DNA from: a virus
Lineage: Duplodnaviria; Caudoviricetes
Strand: one strand, 5' to 3'
Length of the DNA stretch: 64,000 bases
Virus record (IMG/VR): IMGVR_UViG_3300032331_000874
Location: 46-64,045 of that record
Both the position numbers and the translations under genes were made by a program. A model generated the notes under the pieces. It was not told the DNA's origin, made no database searches, and worked only from the letters and a program-made list of their open reading frames with translations. Below, piece by piece: positions 17,522 to 28,100 of the stretch. The stretch's first letter is position 1. Each line of letters starts with the position of its first letter.

Positions 17522-18700
17522 ATGGCAAGTACATATAGCAGCCTAAAGATCGAACTGATCGGAACTGGAGATCAGGCAGGTACGTGGGGTAATACCACGA
17601 ATACCAACCTTGGCACGGCCCTTGAGGAAGCTATCACTGGCTCTGCCAACGTAACTTTTGCAAGCTCAAACGCGGCAATAGCGTTGACAGATACAAACGC
17701 ATCTCAAACAGCACGTAATTTACGTTTAAATTTGGTAGGTACTATTACCAACGTACAGACACTGTTTGTACCCCCAATTAAAAAACAGTATTTGGTAACA
17801 AACGGATTATCAAACTCTGTCATTATTTCCAACGGTACTAACGCATCGCCTACAGGTACTACAGTAACAATTCCTACAGGCAGATCAGTAATTATATTTA
17901 ATGATGCAACTAACATAGCAGAAACAGTTAGCTATGTAAGCAATTTGGCGCTGGGCACAGTTTTAGGTTTAATCAGTGGCGGGACTGGAGCAAACAGTGC
18001 GCCTGCTGCTATGGCTAATTTGATGGGCTTTACTACTACTGCGACCGCTGGTTCAAACACAGTTTTAACTAACACTAGCAGCTACTACCAAATATTTACA
18101 GGTACAGCTAATCAAAACGTATCTTTGCCTGTAGTAAGCACATTGTCTAATGGCTGGACATTCCATATCTGCAATAACAGTACAGGTTCGTTGGCTGTTT
18201 TATCGTCAGGCTCAAACACAGTTATAACGGTTCCTTCCCAAGTAACAGCGATGTGTACAGTCATATCAACATCCGGCACTACTGAAGCGTCGTGGGAAGC
18301 GGGTCTGACAGACTTTAGTACGTCAACAGGTAATGGCAGCGTTGTTTTATCCAATAACGCTACATTAGGGAATGTGTCGGTAAATGCTTATGTAGAAGGC
18401 GTAATCGCTGTAGGAAACACAGGTAATGCGGTGACTATCAATATTGCTAACGCTACGATTGTTACCGCAACGCTGACAGCAAATTGTACATTTACTATGC
18501 CCGGCAATACGGCTGGTAGATCGTTTATCTTGTTGTTAAAGACAGGTAACGGTTCGTTTACTGGTACGTTTACCAGCGTAAAGTGGGTTGGCAATACTGC
18601 TCCTACAATTACCACCGCAAACAACAGCATGGACATTCTGACATTTATAGCTGACGGTGCTAACTGGTACGGAAACTATGCGCAGGGATATGTACCTTAA
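17522..18700 (+). CDS. Tail fibre/spike-associated virion protein (Asn/Thr-rich)
   Basis: MASTYS..LKIELIGTGDQAGTWG N-terminal anchor typical of this phage type; C-terminal VKW...PTIT...DILTF domain. Confidence 0.75.
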   Translation: MASTYSSLKIELIGTGDQAGTWGNTTNTNLGTALEEAITGSANVTFASSNAAIALTDTNASQTARNLRLNLVGTITNVQTLFVPPIKKQYLVTNGLSNSVIISNGTNASPTGTTVTIPTGRSVIIFNDATNIAETVSYVSNLALGTVLGLISGGTGANSAPAAMANLMGFTTTATAGSNTVLTNTSSYYQIFTGTANQNVSLPVVSTLSNGWTFHICNNSTGSLAVLSSGSNTVITVPSQVTAMCTVISTSGTTEASWEAGLTDFSTSTGNGSVVLSNNATLGNVSVNAYVEGVIAVGNTGNAVTINIANATIVTATLTANCTFTMPGNTAGRSFILLLKTGNGSFTGTFTSVKWVGNTAPTITTANNSMDILTFIADGANWYGNYAQGYVP

Positions 18701-18712
18701 TAGGAGCGTTTA

Positions 18713-20674
18713 ATGTACTTGTCTTTTCAAAAAGTTAGTCAATCCTTGCGTAGAGTTAGCTCTGTAGTTACGGATGCGTACTTTAATCTTGTAACGTTGT
18801 TGCTAAACACAACTACGACAAACGGTGCGCAAAATAATACGTTCCTAGATTCCAGCACTAATAATTTCACCATTACCAGAAATGGTAATGCAACCCAAGG
18901 CACGTTTACGCCTTTTAGCCAAACAGGTTGGAGTAATAGACTTAGCAGCGGAAATGATTTATCTGGCGCATCAAATGCAGGTTATCAATTTGATTCGGGA
19001 AATTTTACTGTAGAAGGTTGGTTTTATTTTAATACTGTAGGAAATGCTCAATTTCTTTCAGTAGCCGTTGTGGGAGCGCTTTATTGGCAATATTATGCTG
19101 GCGCTTTAGATTTTGGTAACAATGCAGGCGGTAGTGTACAAGCATCTTGGAGTCCGGTTGCAAATACTTGGTATCACATCGCTGCCGTAAGAAATGGTTC
19201 AACATTTACAAACTATATAAATGGTGCTGTTCATTCATCTGGCACAGCATTTAATGTAACCGCAACTGGACTTTTAAAAATTGGATATGGTGGTGCTGGT
19301 TCGTTTGATGGTTATATATCAAACATTCGTATTGTAAAAGGTACGGCTGTTTATACGGCAGCATTTACACCACCAACCGTTCCATTAACAGCAATCACAA
19401 ACACGCAATTATTAACTTGCCAAGCAAATCGTTTTTTAGACAGCAGCACTAATGGAATTGCTATTTCAGTCAACAGCGGCTCACCATCCGTCCAAGCCTT
19501 TAGCCCATTTGCTCCTACTACTGCTTACAGCACAGATGTAGTAGGTGGTAGTGGGTATTTTGATGGAACAGGGGATTGGTTAGTAACACCATCATCAGGG
19601 CAATTTGCCCCTACTGGAGATTGGACAATTTCTTTTTGGTATTACCCAACTAACTTAACAAATTACATGAGTTTAGTTGCCAGTGATTCTGGCGGTAACG
19701 TATCTTCACAATGGAAAATTGAAGTTGATGCAAACGGTCTTTGTAAGTTGTGGTTATCTGGATTCAGCGCCGTTACATTTACTGGCTCAAATGGAAATTT
19801 TATAAAAAACCAATGGCACTTTGTAAATATTACTCGATCTGGAAGTACAGGAACTTTCAAAATTAATGGCGCAACTATTGGAACATTTAGTTATACGCAG
19901 ACTCTTGGCACTTCTTCTTTACCAATAACAATTGGTGCTAGTACTGGAGGTGCTAATCCATCCACAGGATATTATTCCGATGTCAGGTTAGTTGCTGGTT
20001 CAGCCGTTACAACACTTCCAACTGCTCCATTGACAGCAATAACAGGTACAAATCTTTTACTCAACTACACCAACGCTGGCATATACGACTCTGCTGCTAA
20101 GAATGATTTAGAGACTGTTGGCAATGCGCAGGTAAGCACGACACAGGCGAAGTGGGGCACAACGTCTATGTATTTTGATGGAGCTGGAGATTACTTAGTA
20201 TCAAATACAGCAACAACGGATTTGTATGCGTTTGGTTCAGGTGCATTTACAATTGAATTGTGGATATATCTTAATACTGTTTCCGGTGCTCAAATTTTGT
20301 ATGATGGGCGGCCTTCCGGTACTCAAACAACACAACCAACTATTTATATGAATGGTGCTGTTGTTACATATTATGCAAACGGTTCTAATCAAATAAATGG
20401 TTCATCATTATCCACTGGTCAGTGGTATCACATTGCTGTTGCAAGAAGTGGAACTTCAACAAAAATGTTTGTTAATGGAACTCAAGCTGGTTCTACTTAT
20501 ACAGATTCAACCGTTTACACAAATACTGCAAGCAGACCGATAATTGGCGTTGATTCATTTAGTCTTGGAACTAATCCGTTAAACGGTTACATAGATGATT
20601 TGCGAGTTACCAAAGGCTACGCACGTTATACCGCAAACTTTACCGCTCCGACTTCAGCTTTCCCGACTCAATAG
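18713..20674 (+). CDS. Tail fibre / receptor-binding protein with three LamG (ConA-like) domains
   Basis: Three F/W-T-x-(E/S)-x-W...W(Y)H...GY..(N/D).R repeats. Confidence 0.85.
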   Translation: MYLSFQKVSQSLRRVSSVVTDAYFNLVTLLLNTTTTNGAQNNTFLDSSTNNFTITRNGNATQGTFTPFSQTGWSNRLSSGNDLSGASNAGYQFDSGNFTVEGWFYFNTVGNAQFLSVAVVGALYWQYYAGALDFGNNAGGSVQASWSPVANTWYHIAAVRNGSTFTNYINGAVHSSGTAFNVTATGLLKIGYGGAGSFDGYISNIRIVKGTAVYTAAFTPPTVPLTAITNTQLLTCQANRFLDSSTNGIAISVNSGSPSVQAFSPFAPTTAYSTDVVGGSGYFDGTGDWLVTPSSGQFAPTGDWTISFWYYPTNLTNYMSLVASDSGGNVSSQWKIEVDANGLCKLWLSGFSAVTFTGSNGNFIKNQWHFVNITRSGSTGTFKINGATIGTFSYTQTLGTSSLPITIGASTGGANPSTGYYSDVRLVAGSAVTTLPTAPLTAITGTNLLLNYTNAGIYDSAAKNDLETVGNAQVSTTQAKWGTTSMYFDGAGDYLVSNTATTDLYAFGSGAFTIELWIYLNTVSGAQILYDGRPSGTQTTQPTIYMNGAVVTYYANGSNQINGSSLSTGQWYHIAVARSGTSTKMFVNGTQAGSTYTDSTVYTNTASRPIIGVDSFSLGTNPLNGYIDDLRVTKGYARYTANFTAPTSAFPTQ

Positions 20675-20681
20675 GTGACAA

Positions 20682-20969
20682 ATGTTTTCTAAAAACGGTT
20701 CTATACCAAAGCCTGAAACTGACGGTACAGAAGGATGGATTGAAGTTCCTGACCAACCTGAATGCCCTGAAGGTAAAGAGGTGGTTTGGTGGTATCCACC
20801 GGGTTGGGTTATTCGTGACCCAAAACCAGAGGGCAATTGGTCGTGGAGTCAATCGCAAGAGCAATGGATTGAGTACATACCCCCGCAAGAAGTTCAAACA
20901 GTTGATGTAACTGAGTTGTTTAGCACAGCTATACCTGCATTAACTAGCTCGGACATACAGGCTTTGTAA
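20682..20969 (+). CDS. Tail fibre assembly-like small protein
   Basis: Trp/Pro-rich, directly after the fibre gene. Confidence 0.6.
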   Translation: MFSKNGSIPKPETDGTEGWIEVPDQPECPEGKEVVWWYPPGWVIRDPKPEGNWSWSQSQEQWIEYIPPQEVQTVDVTELFSTAIPALTSSDIQAL

Positions 20970-20981
20970 GGGGTATATGAA

Positions 20982-21593
20982 ATTGATCCGCTTACCCTTT
21001 TAGCCGCAGCAAAAACCGCAGCCGCTGCAATACGTAAAGGCTGTGAGATGTACCAAGAGTACAAAGCGCAGGGGATGGAGCTAGTAGATGCGTATGGACA
21101 GGCCAAGGATGTTGTCGCTGATCTAAGCGGGCACCTTGGTCATTTCTTTAAAGCGCATGAGCAGTTAGAAACACATGTACATGAAGAAGAGTTAAAGGCT
21201 AAGAAGTCGCGTGATCCTGAGCTGTCTGTAAATCAAGAAGCATTTAACAGGGTCATGGCAGTAAAAGAAATGATTAGGCTTGAAACTGAATTGCGCGAAA
21301 TGATGGTGTACCAAGCGCCAAAGGAACTCGGTGCTATATGGTCAGAGTTTGAAGTAATGCGCGACAGGGTTAAAGCAGAACGGGCTGAAGTCCAACGTCA
21401 AGAACTACATAAGCAGCAGGTGGCTCAATGGCGACGGGCAAGTATAAAAAGAAAAATCGCAGAACAGATGACGTCAATCGTAGCGGTCGTGTTCATAATA
21501 TTGTGGTTTCTATGGGTGATGATTCTGATAAGAACGAGCCAAACATACCGTGGAGTTTACTCATCACCGTTTTGGTCTTGTGTATTGTGCTAG
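20982..21593 (+). CDS. Membrane-anchored coiled-coil protein; probable non-canonical ATT start
   Basis: In-frame ATT-GAT-CCG (DPLTLLAAA) 8 nt after AAGGGG; the track ATG at 21048 lacks a clear SD; C-terminal TM segment. Confidence 0.6.
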   Translation: MDPLTLLAAAKTAAAAIRKGCEMYQEYKAQGMELVDAYGQAKDVVADLSGHLGHFFKAHEQLETHVHEEELKAKKSRDPELSVNQEAFNRVMAVKEMIRLETELREMMVYQAPKELGAIWSEFEVMRDRVKAERAEVQRQELHKQQVAQWRRASIKRKIAEQMTSIVAVVFIILWFLWVMILIRTSQTYRGVYSSPFWSCVLC

Positions 21594-21721
21594 TTATAGT
21601 GTTGCCAGTGATGGGGATAGCGTATATGGATATGAATAACGCTACTGCGATGGCGATGGAAGAAGCAAGAAAGATGCGTGAGTTACGCGCCAAAATAATG
21701 CTTGAATTGCAGGGGGAATAA
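21512..21721 (+). CDS. Small membrane protein in lysis region
   Basis: Single TM (WSLLITVLVLCIVLVIVLPVMGIA); start uncertain (track gives 21428). Confidence 0.55.
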   Translation: MGDDSDKNEPNIPWSLLITVLVLCIVLVIVLPVMGIAYMDMNNATAMAMEEARKMRELRAKIMLELQGE

Positions 21722-22236
21722 TGCTGACATTACTTTCAACGCTGGTTTCCTTTTTGATGGGCGGGTTGCCCAAGATTCTAGATTTCTTCCAAGATAAGTC
21801 GGACAAGTCTCATGAGTTAAAACTGGCGCAGATGCAGACCGAACGCGAGTTGCAGCTAGCCGCCGCAGGATACGCAGCACAGCAACAGATAGAAGCTATC
21901 AAGTTAGATGAGATAAAGACACAGACTGCATCTACGGAGAAAGTATCGTTAATCGACGCACAAAAAGCAGAGATGAATGCTATTTATGCGCATGACGCAT
22001 CCTTGTCTGAAGGAACTTCTACTTGGATGAAAGACTTGCGCGCTAGTGTGCGCCCTGTAATTACTTACGGGTTTTTCTTCTTACTGGTTGGTATAGATAG
22101 CGTGTTGGCATACAAAGGTTTAAGCACTGGCGTGAACTTTGATGACCTTGCTAACCAGCTATGGGATGACGAAACGCAGGCGTTGTTTGCTGCAATTATT
22201 AGTTTCCACTTTGGCGGCAGGGCGTTTGGTAAATGA
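21721..22236 (+). CDS. Putative holin (3TM type)
   Basis: LRASVRPVITY and IISFHFGGR motifs, TM segments, ATGA overlap with endolysin. Confidence 0.7.
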   Translation: MLTLLSTLVSFLMGGLPKILDFFQDKSDKSHELKLAQMQTERELQLAAAGYAAQQQIEAIKLDEIKTQTASTEKVSLIDAQKAEMNAIYAHDASLSEGTSTWMKDLRASVRPVITYGFFFLLVGIDSVLAYKGLSTGVNFDDLANQLWDDETQALFAAIISFHFGGRAFGK

Positions 22237-22712
22237 TCAGCCCCAAGGCGCTAAAGATGATAGCGCACCATGAAGGTGTGCGATTAAAGCCGTATCAATG
22301 TCCAGCCAAGTTGTGGACTATAGGTGTGGGTCATGTGATAGATCCCAACCACGGCAGGCTAAAGATTGAAGATAGGGTAGGTTTACCTTGTCCGGCAGGC
22401 TGGAACAAGACATTTACGATGGAAGAAGTTAATGCCATACTTGCTAAAGACCTTGAGCGATTTGAGAATGGAGTTCTTAAATACTGTCCTACTGCTAGCA
22501 GTAAGCAAGGCTGGATGGACGCTTTGGTCTCATTTAGTTTTAATGTAGGGCTGGGTACGCTACAACGCAGCACTTTACGGCAGAAGCACAATCGCGGAGA
22601 TTACGCGGGTGCAGCCGAGGAGTTTCTGAAGTATACAAAAGCTGGCGGGAAGGTACTCAAAGGACTGGTTAATCGGCGCAGTGATGAGCGCGCTTTGTAC
22701 TTGGGTGGATAA
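22233..22712 (+). CDS. Endolysin, GH24 lysozyme
   Basis: HEGVRLKPYQCPAKLWTIGVGH catalytic region; ALVSFSFNVG; GLVNRRSDE. Confidence 0.92.
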   Translation: MISPKALKMIAHHEGVRLKPYQCPAKLWTIGVGHVIDPNHGRLKIEDRVGLPCPAGWNKTFTMEEVNAILAKDLERFENGVLKYCPTASSKQGWMDALVSFSFNVGLGTLQRSTLRQKHNRGDYAGAAEEFLKYTKAGGKVLKGLVNRRSDERALYLGG

Positions 22713-22714
22713 GA

Positions 22715-24850
22715 ATGCCATTACAGCTTTTACAATTTAGGCCGGGGATTAACCGCGAAGGCACTACGCTTGCCAACGAAGGCGGTTGGTTTGAAGGCGA
22801 CAAGATACGGTTTCGTTCAGGATACCCTCAGAAACTTGGTGGCTGGCAGCCACTATCATCCTACACATATCAAGGCGTTGCACGAGGCTTAATTAACTGG
22901 GTTACGCTAAAAGGCTACAACATATTAGGCGTAGGTACGAACTTAAAGTACTACGTTGAAAGCGGGGGTATCTATAATGACATCACTCCCATACGCAGCA
23001 CCGCTACATTAACAAATCCTTTCACAACAACTAACGGTTCAAAAACAGTTGTTGTTACTGATGCTGACCACGGTGGCGTTACTGGCGACTTTGTGACGTT
23101 TTCCGGTGCGTCTGCTGTAGGCGGGTTGACGTTAAACGGCGAATACCAGATAACGTACTTAACAACTAATACATACTCTATACAAGCAGCAACAACGGCT
23201 AATGCCGACGCTACAGGCGGCGGTACGGTAACGGCTGTTTATCAAATTAACGTAGGCTTGCCTGCGTACGGTTATGCAACAGGTTGGGGTGCAGGTTTGT
23301 GGGGCGGCTTCATACAAAACACACAGCAAACCACGTTGTCCGCTGCGCTTAACTCAAGCAACACCAACATTGCCGTTGTATCAACAACAGGGTTTTCCAA
23401 CGTCACCGGCACGGTGTTAATTAATAACGAGCTAGCTACCTATACAGGCAATACAGCAACGCTGTTTACCGGAGCCACGCGAGGAGCCAACGGCACAATA
23501 GCAACGTCCCACGCAAACAGCACAATTGTTTATAACGCTAATACGTTTACAGGCTGGGGTGATTCGTCTGCCACAGGTTTAGGTACACAATTGCGTTTGT
23601 GGTCACAGGCTAACTTTGGTGACTACTTACTAATTAACCCGCGTGGTGGTTCTATCTACATGTGGGTGCCGCAGTATACAGGCGCAAACGTCTTGTTGTT
23701 TAACAGCCCAGCTACGCTGCTATCCAATACCAGCGTGGGTATTTACCAAACAGATTCAAGTTGCCCAAGCGTTGCAACACAAGTATTAGTGTCGGATGCA
23801 TCCCGTTTTGTGATTGCGTTTGGTGCAAATGATTACGGCGATACAGCCCAAGACCCGATGCTTATTCGTTGGTCAGACCAAGAAAGCTACCAAACATGGG
23901 CACCGGCTATTACCAACCAAGCAGGTAGTTATAGGTTGTCTAGCGGCTCATCTATTGTTACTGCTATTCAAACCCGCCAAGAGATATTTGTTTTGACCGA
24001 TGCCGCTGCGTACTCCATGCAGTATCTTGGCCCCCCGTATGTGTGGGGCTTTAACATACTATCAAACAACATATCCATCATTGGCCCCAACGCAATTGGT
24101 GCGGCTAACAATATTGTGTATTGGATGGGTGCGGATAAATTCTACGTTTACACAGGCCGTGTAGAAACGCTCCCCTGCGCTTTGCGTCAGTACGTATACG
24201 GCGATATTAATTTGGAGCAAAACTATCAGGTGTTTTGCGGTAGTAACGAAGGCTACAGCGAGATATGGTGGTTCTACTGCTCAGCAAACTCTACAACAGT
24301 AGACCGTTACGTCATATTCAACTATTTGGATAAAGTCTGGTACTACGGCACATTAAACCGCAGCGCGTGGTTAGATAGTCCTTTGCGCAACTATCCTATG
24401 GGCGCAACATATCAGCATACGGTTGTGTACCACGAAAAAGGTAACGACGATATTGAAGTTAACGGCACAATCCTGCCTATTAATGCTTACATTCAATCAT
24501 CCGACTTTGACATTGGCGACGGGCACAATCTTGGTTTTGTGTGGCGTATCATTCCTGATATTACCTTTGACGGTTCAAGCAACCCAACGCCTGATAAACC
24601 ATCGGCTGTATTTACAGTAAGACCACGACAAAACCCCGGCGGTCCTTACAACGTAGCTGACGCTCCTACAGTTGCGTCTAAACAGTCTTATGCTAATCAA
24701 CGAAATTACAACGTGCAAGAATTTACACAGATTGTGTACACACGCGTACGCGGACGACAGATGGCATTTAAGATAAGTTCAGACACGCTAGGAACACAAT
24801 GGCAGTTGGGCGTTCCGCGGATTGATGTACGCCCAGACGGAAGAAGGTAA
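22715..24850 (+). CDS. Tail tubular protein B / P22 gp10-like nozzle protein
   Basis: 711 aa beta-rich; FRPGINREGT, IRWSDQE, RGRQMAFK...DGRR ends. Confidence 0.75.
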   Translation: MPLQLLQFRPGINREGTTLANEGGWFEGDKIRFRSGYPQKLGGWQPLSSYTYQGVARGLINWVTLKGYNILGVGTNLKYYVESGGIYNDITPIRSTATLTNPFTTTNGSKTVVVTDADHGGVTGDFVTFSGASAVGGLTLNGEYQITYLTTNTYSIQAATTANADATGGGTVTAVYQINVGLPAYGYATGWGAGLWGGFIQNTQQTTLSAALNSSNTNIAVVSTTGFSNVTGTVLINNELATYTGNTATLFTGATRGANGTIATSHANSTIVYNANTFTGWGDSSATGLGTQLRLWSQANFGDYLLINPRGGSIYMWVPQYTGANVLLFNSPATLLSNTSVGIYQTDSSCPSVATQVLVSDASRFVIAFGANDYGDTAQDPMLIRWSDQESYQTWAPAITNQAGSYRLSSGSSIVTAIQTRQEIFVLTDAAAYSMQYLGPPYVWGFNILSNNISIIGPNAIGAANNIVYWMGADKFYVYTGRVETLPCALRQYVYGDINLEQNYQVFCGSNEGYSEIWWFYCSANSTTVDRYVIFNYLDKVWYYGTLNRSAWLDSPLRNYPMGATYQHTVVYHEKGNDDIEVNGTILPINAYIQSSDFDIGDGHNLGFVWRIIPDITFDGSSNPTPDKPSAVFTVRPRQNPGGPYNVADAPTVASKQSYANQRNYNVQEFTQIVYTRVRGRQMAFKISSDTLGTQWQLGVPRIDVRPDGRR

Positions 24851-24852
24851 AC

Positions 24853-25167
24853 ATGTCCACAGGTACCACAAAATCTCCCTCATTTCCAGTAGCTCCGTTA
24901 GAATATAGCCGCCAGTATCAAGACCAGTTAAACAACATTTTACGGTTGTATTTTTCACAACTGGACAATGCGGGAGCAAGCGCGGGGTCCGCGCAACGCA
25001 CAGGGAATACAGTTATAGCCGCGCTAAACTTTAGCGCTTTTGACCCTGCAACGGGAAATACTGTTGTCAGTTTTGCTACTAGCGTAGAAGAAGCGGCTGG
25101 GAAATTACGAATTGGCGATGTTTATTATGATGTTGCCACTAACGTGTTAAAAATTAAGGTGGCCTAA
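24853..25167 (+). CDS. Small virion protein
   Basis: P.AP.EY....DQLNNILRLYF motif. Confidence 0.7.
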   Translation: MSTGTTKSPSFPVAPLEYSRQYQDQLNNILRLYFSQLDNAGASAGSAQRTGNTVIAALNFSAFDPATGNTVVSFATSVEEAAGKLRIGDVYYDVATNVLKIKVA

Positions 25168-25168
25168 T

Positions 25169-28100
25169 ATGAGCCTGCAAAATCTAGCCAATCAGATGCA
25201 ATCCACCGGACGTGGCGGTGACACCATGCTCGTCCATATGAACCCAAAAGAAGTAGCTGGTTTGCAACAACTGGCTATGGCGCATGGCGGCTCATTAACT
25301 ATCAACCCGCAGACAGGTCTGCCAGAAGCAGGGTTCCTGTCATCTTTGCTTCCTACCGTTCTTGGTATGGCCTTAGCCCCCGCTACAGGCGGTGCATCAC
25401 TTGGTTTGACTGAAGCTTGGCAAACTGCCGCGCTTGTTGGCGCTGGAACAGGTTTGATGACAGGCAGTTTAAAGAAAGGTTTGATGGCAGGTTTGGGCGC
25501 GTTTGGCGGCGCGGGTATGGCTCCGGGGATTATGGGTGCTAGTACTGCTGCGCCTACCGCCGCTGCTAATGTTGTAGGTAATACGGCTCAAAACATGGGA
25601 GCGCTGTATCAAGGAGGAGCGAATGCGGCAACAGGCGCTGGCGCATCATTAGGAACTGCGCAAAACATGGGAGTGTTAAATCAAAATGCAGCATTAGCCC
25701 CTGTAACAAACACAGCTCAAAACATGGGTCCGTTGTATCAAGGTGCTGGTGTACCCCCTACTTCTACAGCAATAAACACACCAGTAGTAGGGCAAGGTGG
25801 CGCGCCTAGCGTGTTTGATAAATTTGGTTCAGGGCTTAAAAACATTATTACAAATCAAGATGGCGCTGGTTCTCGTTTTGTTGATGAAAATAAAAAGAAC
25901 TTATTGTCTAGCGGCATATCTATGTTGATGTCTCCTGAAGAAAAAGAAGCGGAGAAAAAGAGAAAAGAAGAAGAACAGTACGTATTCCATCGTTGGCCTT
26001 CTAACTACAGCCGCCAACAAATGTCAGATCGTCCTGCTGGCAGCACGTCTGAACGCACGTATTTTGCTGCTAGTGGCGGTATGGTTCCCGGCCCTGAAGA
26101 ACATGGCACGGTTGAGCACATGTCACAGATGAACGCAAACTCGGTGGGCGGTAACATGCGTTATCCAATGGCTAGCCAAACCACACCAACTTACGCAATG
26201 CCGGCAGAGCGCCCAATATCACAGAACGTCATTTACCCAGCAACAGATGAACCTGTTGATGCTTACACAGGCATGCCTACAGCTAAGATGATGGCTAGTG
26301 GCGGGATTGCGTCTTTAGCTGCATTTGCTCCCGGTGGTTCCGTTGGTTTTAAATCTAAACTTACGGCTGTAAAAGCGCCTACAAAAGTCGCACCTAAAAC
26401 AACAGACACTTCAAAACTGGAAGCTGCAATTAAAGCTGCGCAAAAATATGGTTCGTCTGAAGAACAGACAAACAAGTACAACGATTTGACTAACCAAATC
26501 AAAGACCGTCAAAACGAAAAAGCAAGCAAAGCTAAAGAACTTGCTGATCGTCAAAAATCTTACGCTGCGGACTTAAAAAGGATGCAAGGCGAACAGGCTG
26601 CTCGTGTCAAAGAATTAAATACAGAGTACGGCAATAAAGTTAAAGACTTTAACGCTGATACACAGAAAGAATTAAAGAGCCGCCAAGCGGATATTAAAAA
26701 CACCAAAGACAAAAACGAGCAAAAACAAAAACAAGCTGAGCTTGCTGAATGGCAAAAAGGCCGTGCTAACGATTTGGCTAACATAAACAAAGATAAAACC
26801 AACGCTATTAATGATGCTGGTAATGACATAAAAAACTTTACCAACGACTTTAACAACTATAAAAATGAAATAGCCACGTTTAATAAAGATGCTGATACAC
26901 AAATCAGTACATTGGCAAAAGACCAAGCCACGGCTAAACAATACGCTGGCCTTGCAAAAACTCGTGAAGGCCAAGAAAAACAATTTGAAGATACAAAGAG
27001 CGCAAATCAAAAGCTACTTGACAAAGCTAACGAAGACTTTGAAGCAGCTACAAATAAATACACTGATTACCAGAACGCTTTGAAAGACGAAAAAGCTAAA
27101 TGGGAAGAAGAAACTAAGCGTACTACTAGTGGCATAGCTGCGCGTGGTACGTATACTAAAGCTCCGGGTAATGAGACTGCTGCTGATTTGCAATCACGGA
27201 TTGACTACATTGTTAAACACCCTGAAGGTGCTGGCGCAATGGGTGCTACCTATCTTACAAAAGAACAAAAAGATCAAGTAGCTAAGCTTAAAGACCAGCT
27301 TACGTCTGCTTCAAACACTAAAGTTTACAATCCGGCTACGGGACAATACGAAGCAAATACTACAAAAACATACCAAGAACTTAAAGCTGCGCCGAGCTAC
27401 GACACTACAAAGAAAATTCAAGAAGAAGATAATGTTCGTCAAATTTTTGAAGAGTTAACAGGGCGTTCACCAACTCAAGATGAGTTAAAGCAATTTGGTT
27501 TTGGTAAAAACATGTCAGATCAAGACGTGGTTAACGCTATAACTAACAAGAAAAGTGGTTTAGCTGAACTAAACATGACTGCTCAGTTTAGTGATGATGA
27601 TTTAAACGATCAAGCTAAGTATTACTGGGGCCGCGCCATGACCAAAGGCGAGCTAGCGTACTTTAAAGACCCAGCTAACAAGATTACTAACTTCAATGCG
27701 TTACGTTCAGTAATGCAGAATAACCCTGCGTACTTGCAAAACCTAAACAAAATTAACCAAGCAGCATTTAACAAAGAACAAACTGCTGCACAAGTAGCAA
27801 TGGAAGGCCCTGTTACAAAAGAACAAGTGTCTTCACTTTATCAAGATTTGTTTGGCAAACCACCAACAGATGAACAGCTAAGCGCTGCTTTAAGTTCAGG
27901 CGCATCTAAATCTCAGCTTACGGCGCAACTTAAAGCGTCTCCTGAGTATTCCGCCAAAATGACGCAACCTTTAGTTCCTGAAGTAAAACAAACCACTGCT
28001 GGTATACCTGCTATTAACACAGGGCCTGCAATGACACAGGAACGAATGAACGCTCTTCTTGCCGCATATAACACAGCACCTGCCGGTGGACAACAAACGG

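Noticed and set aside
18713-20674. Diversity-generating retroelement target
   Set aside because: No reverse transcriptase and no template/variable repeat pair seen
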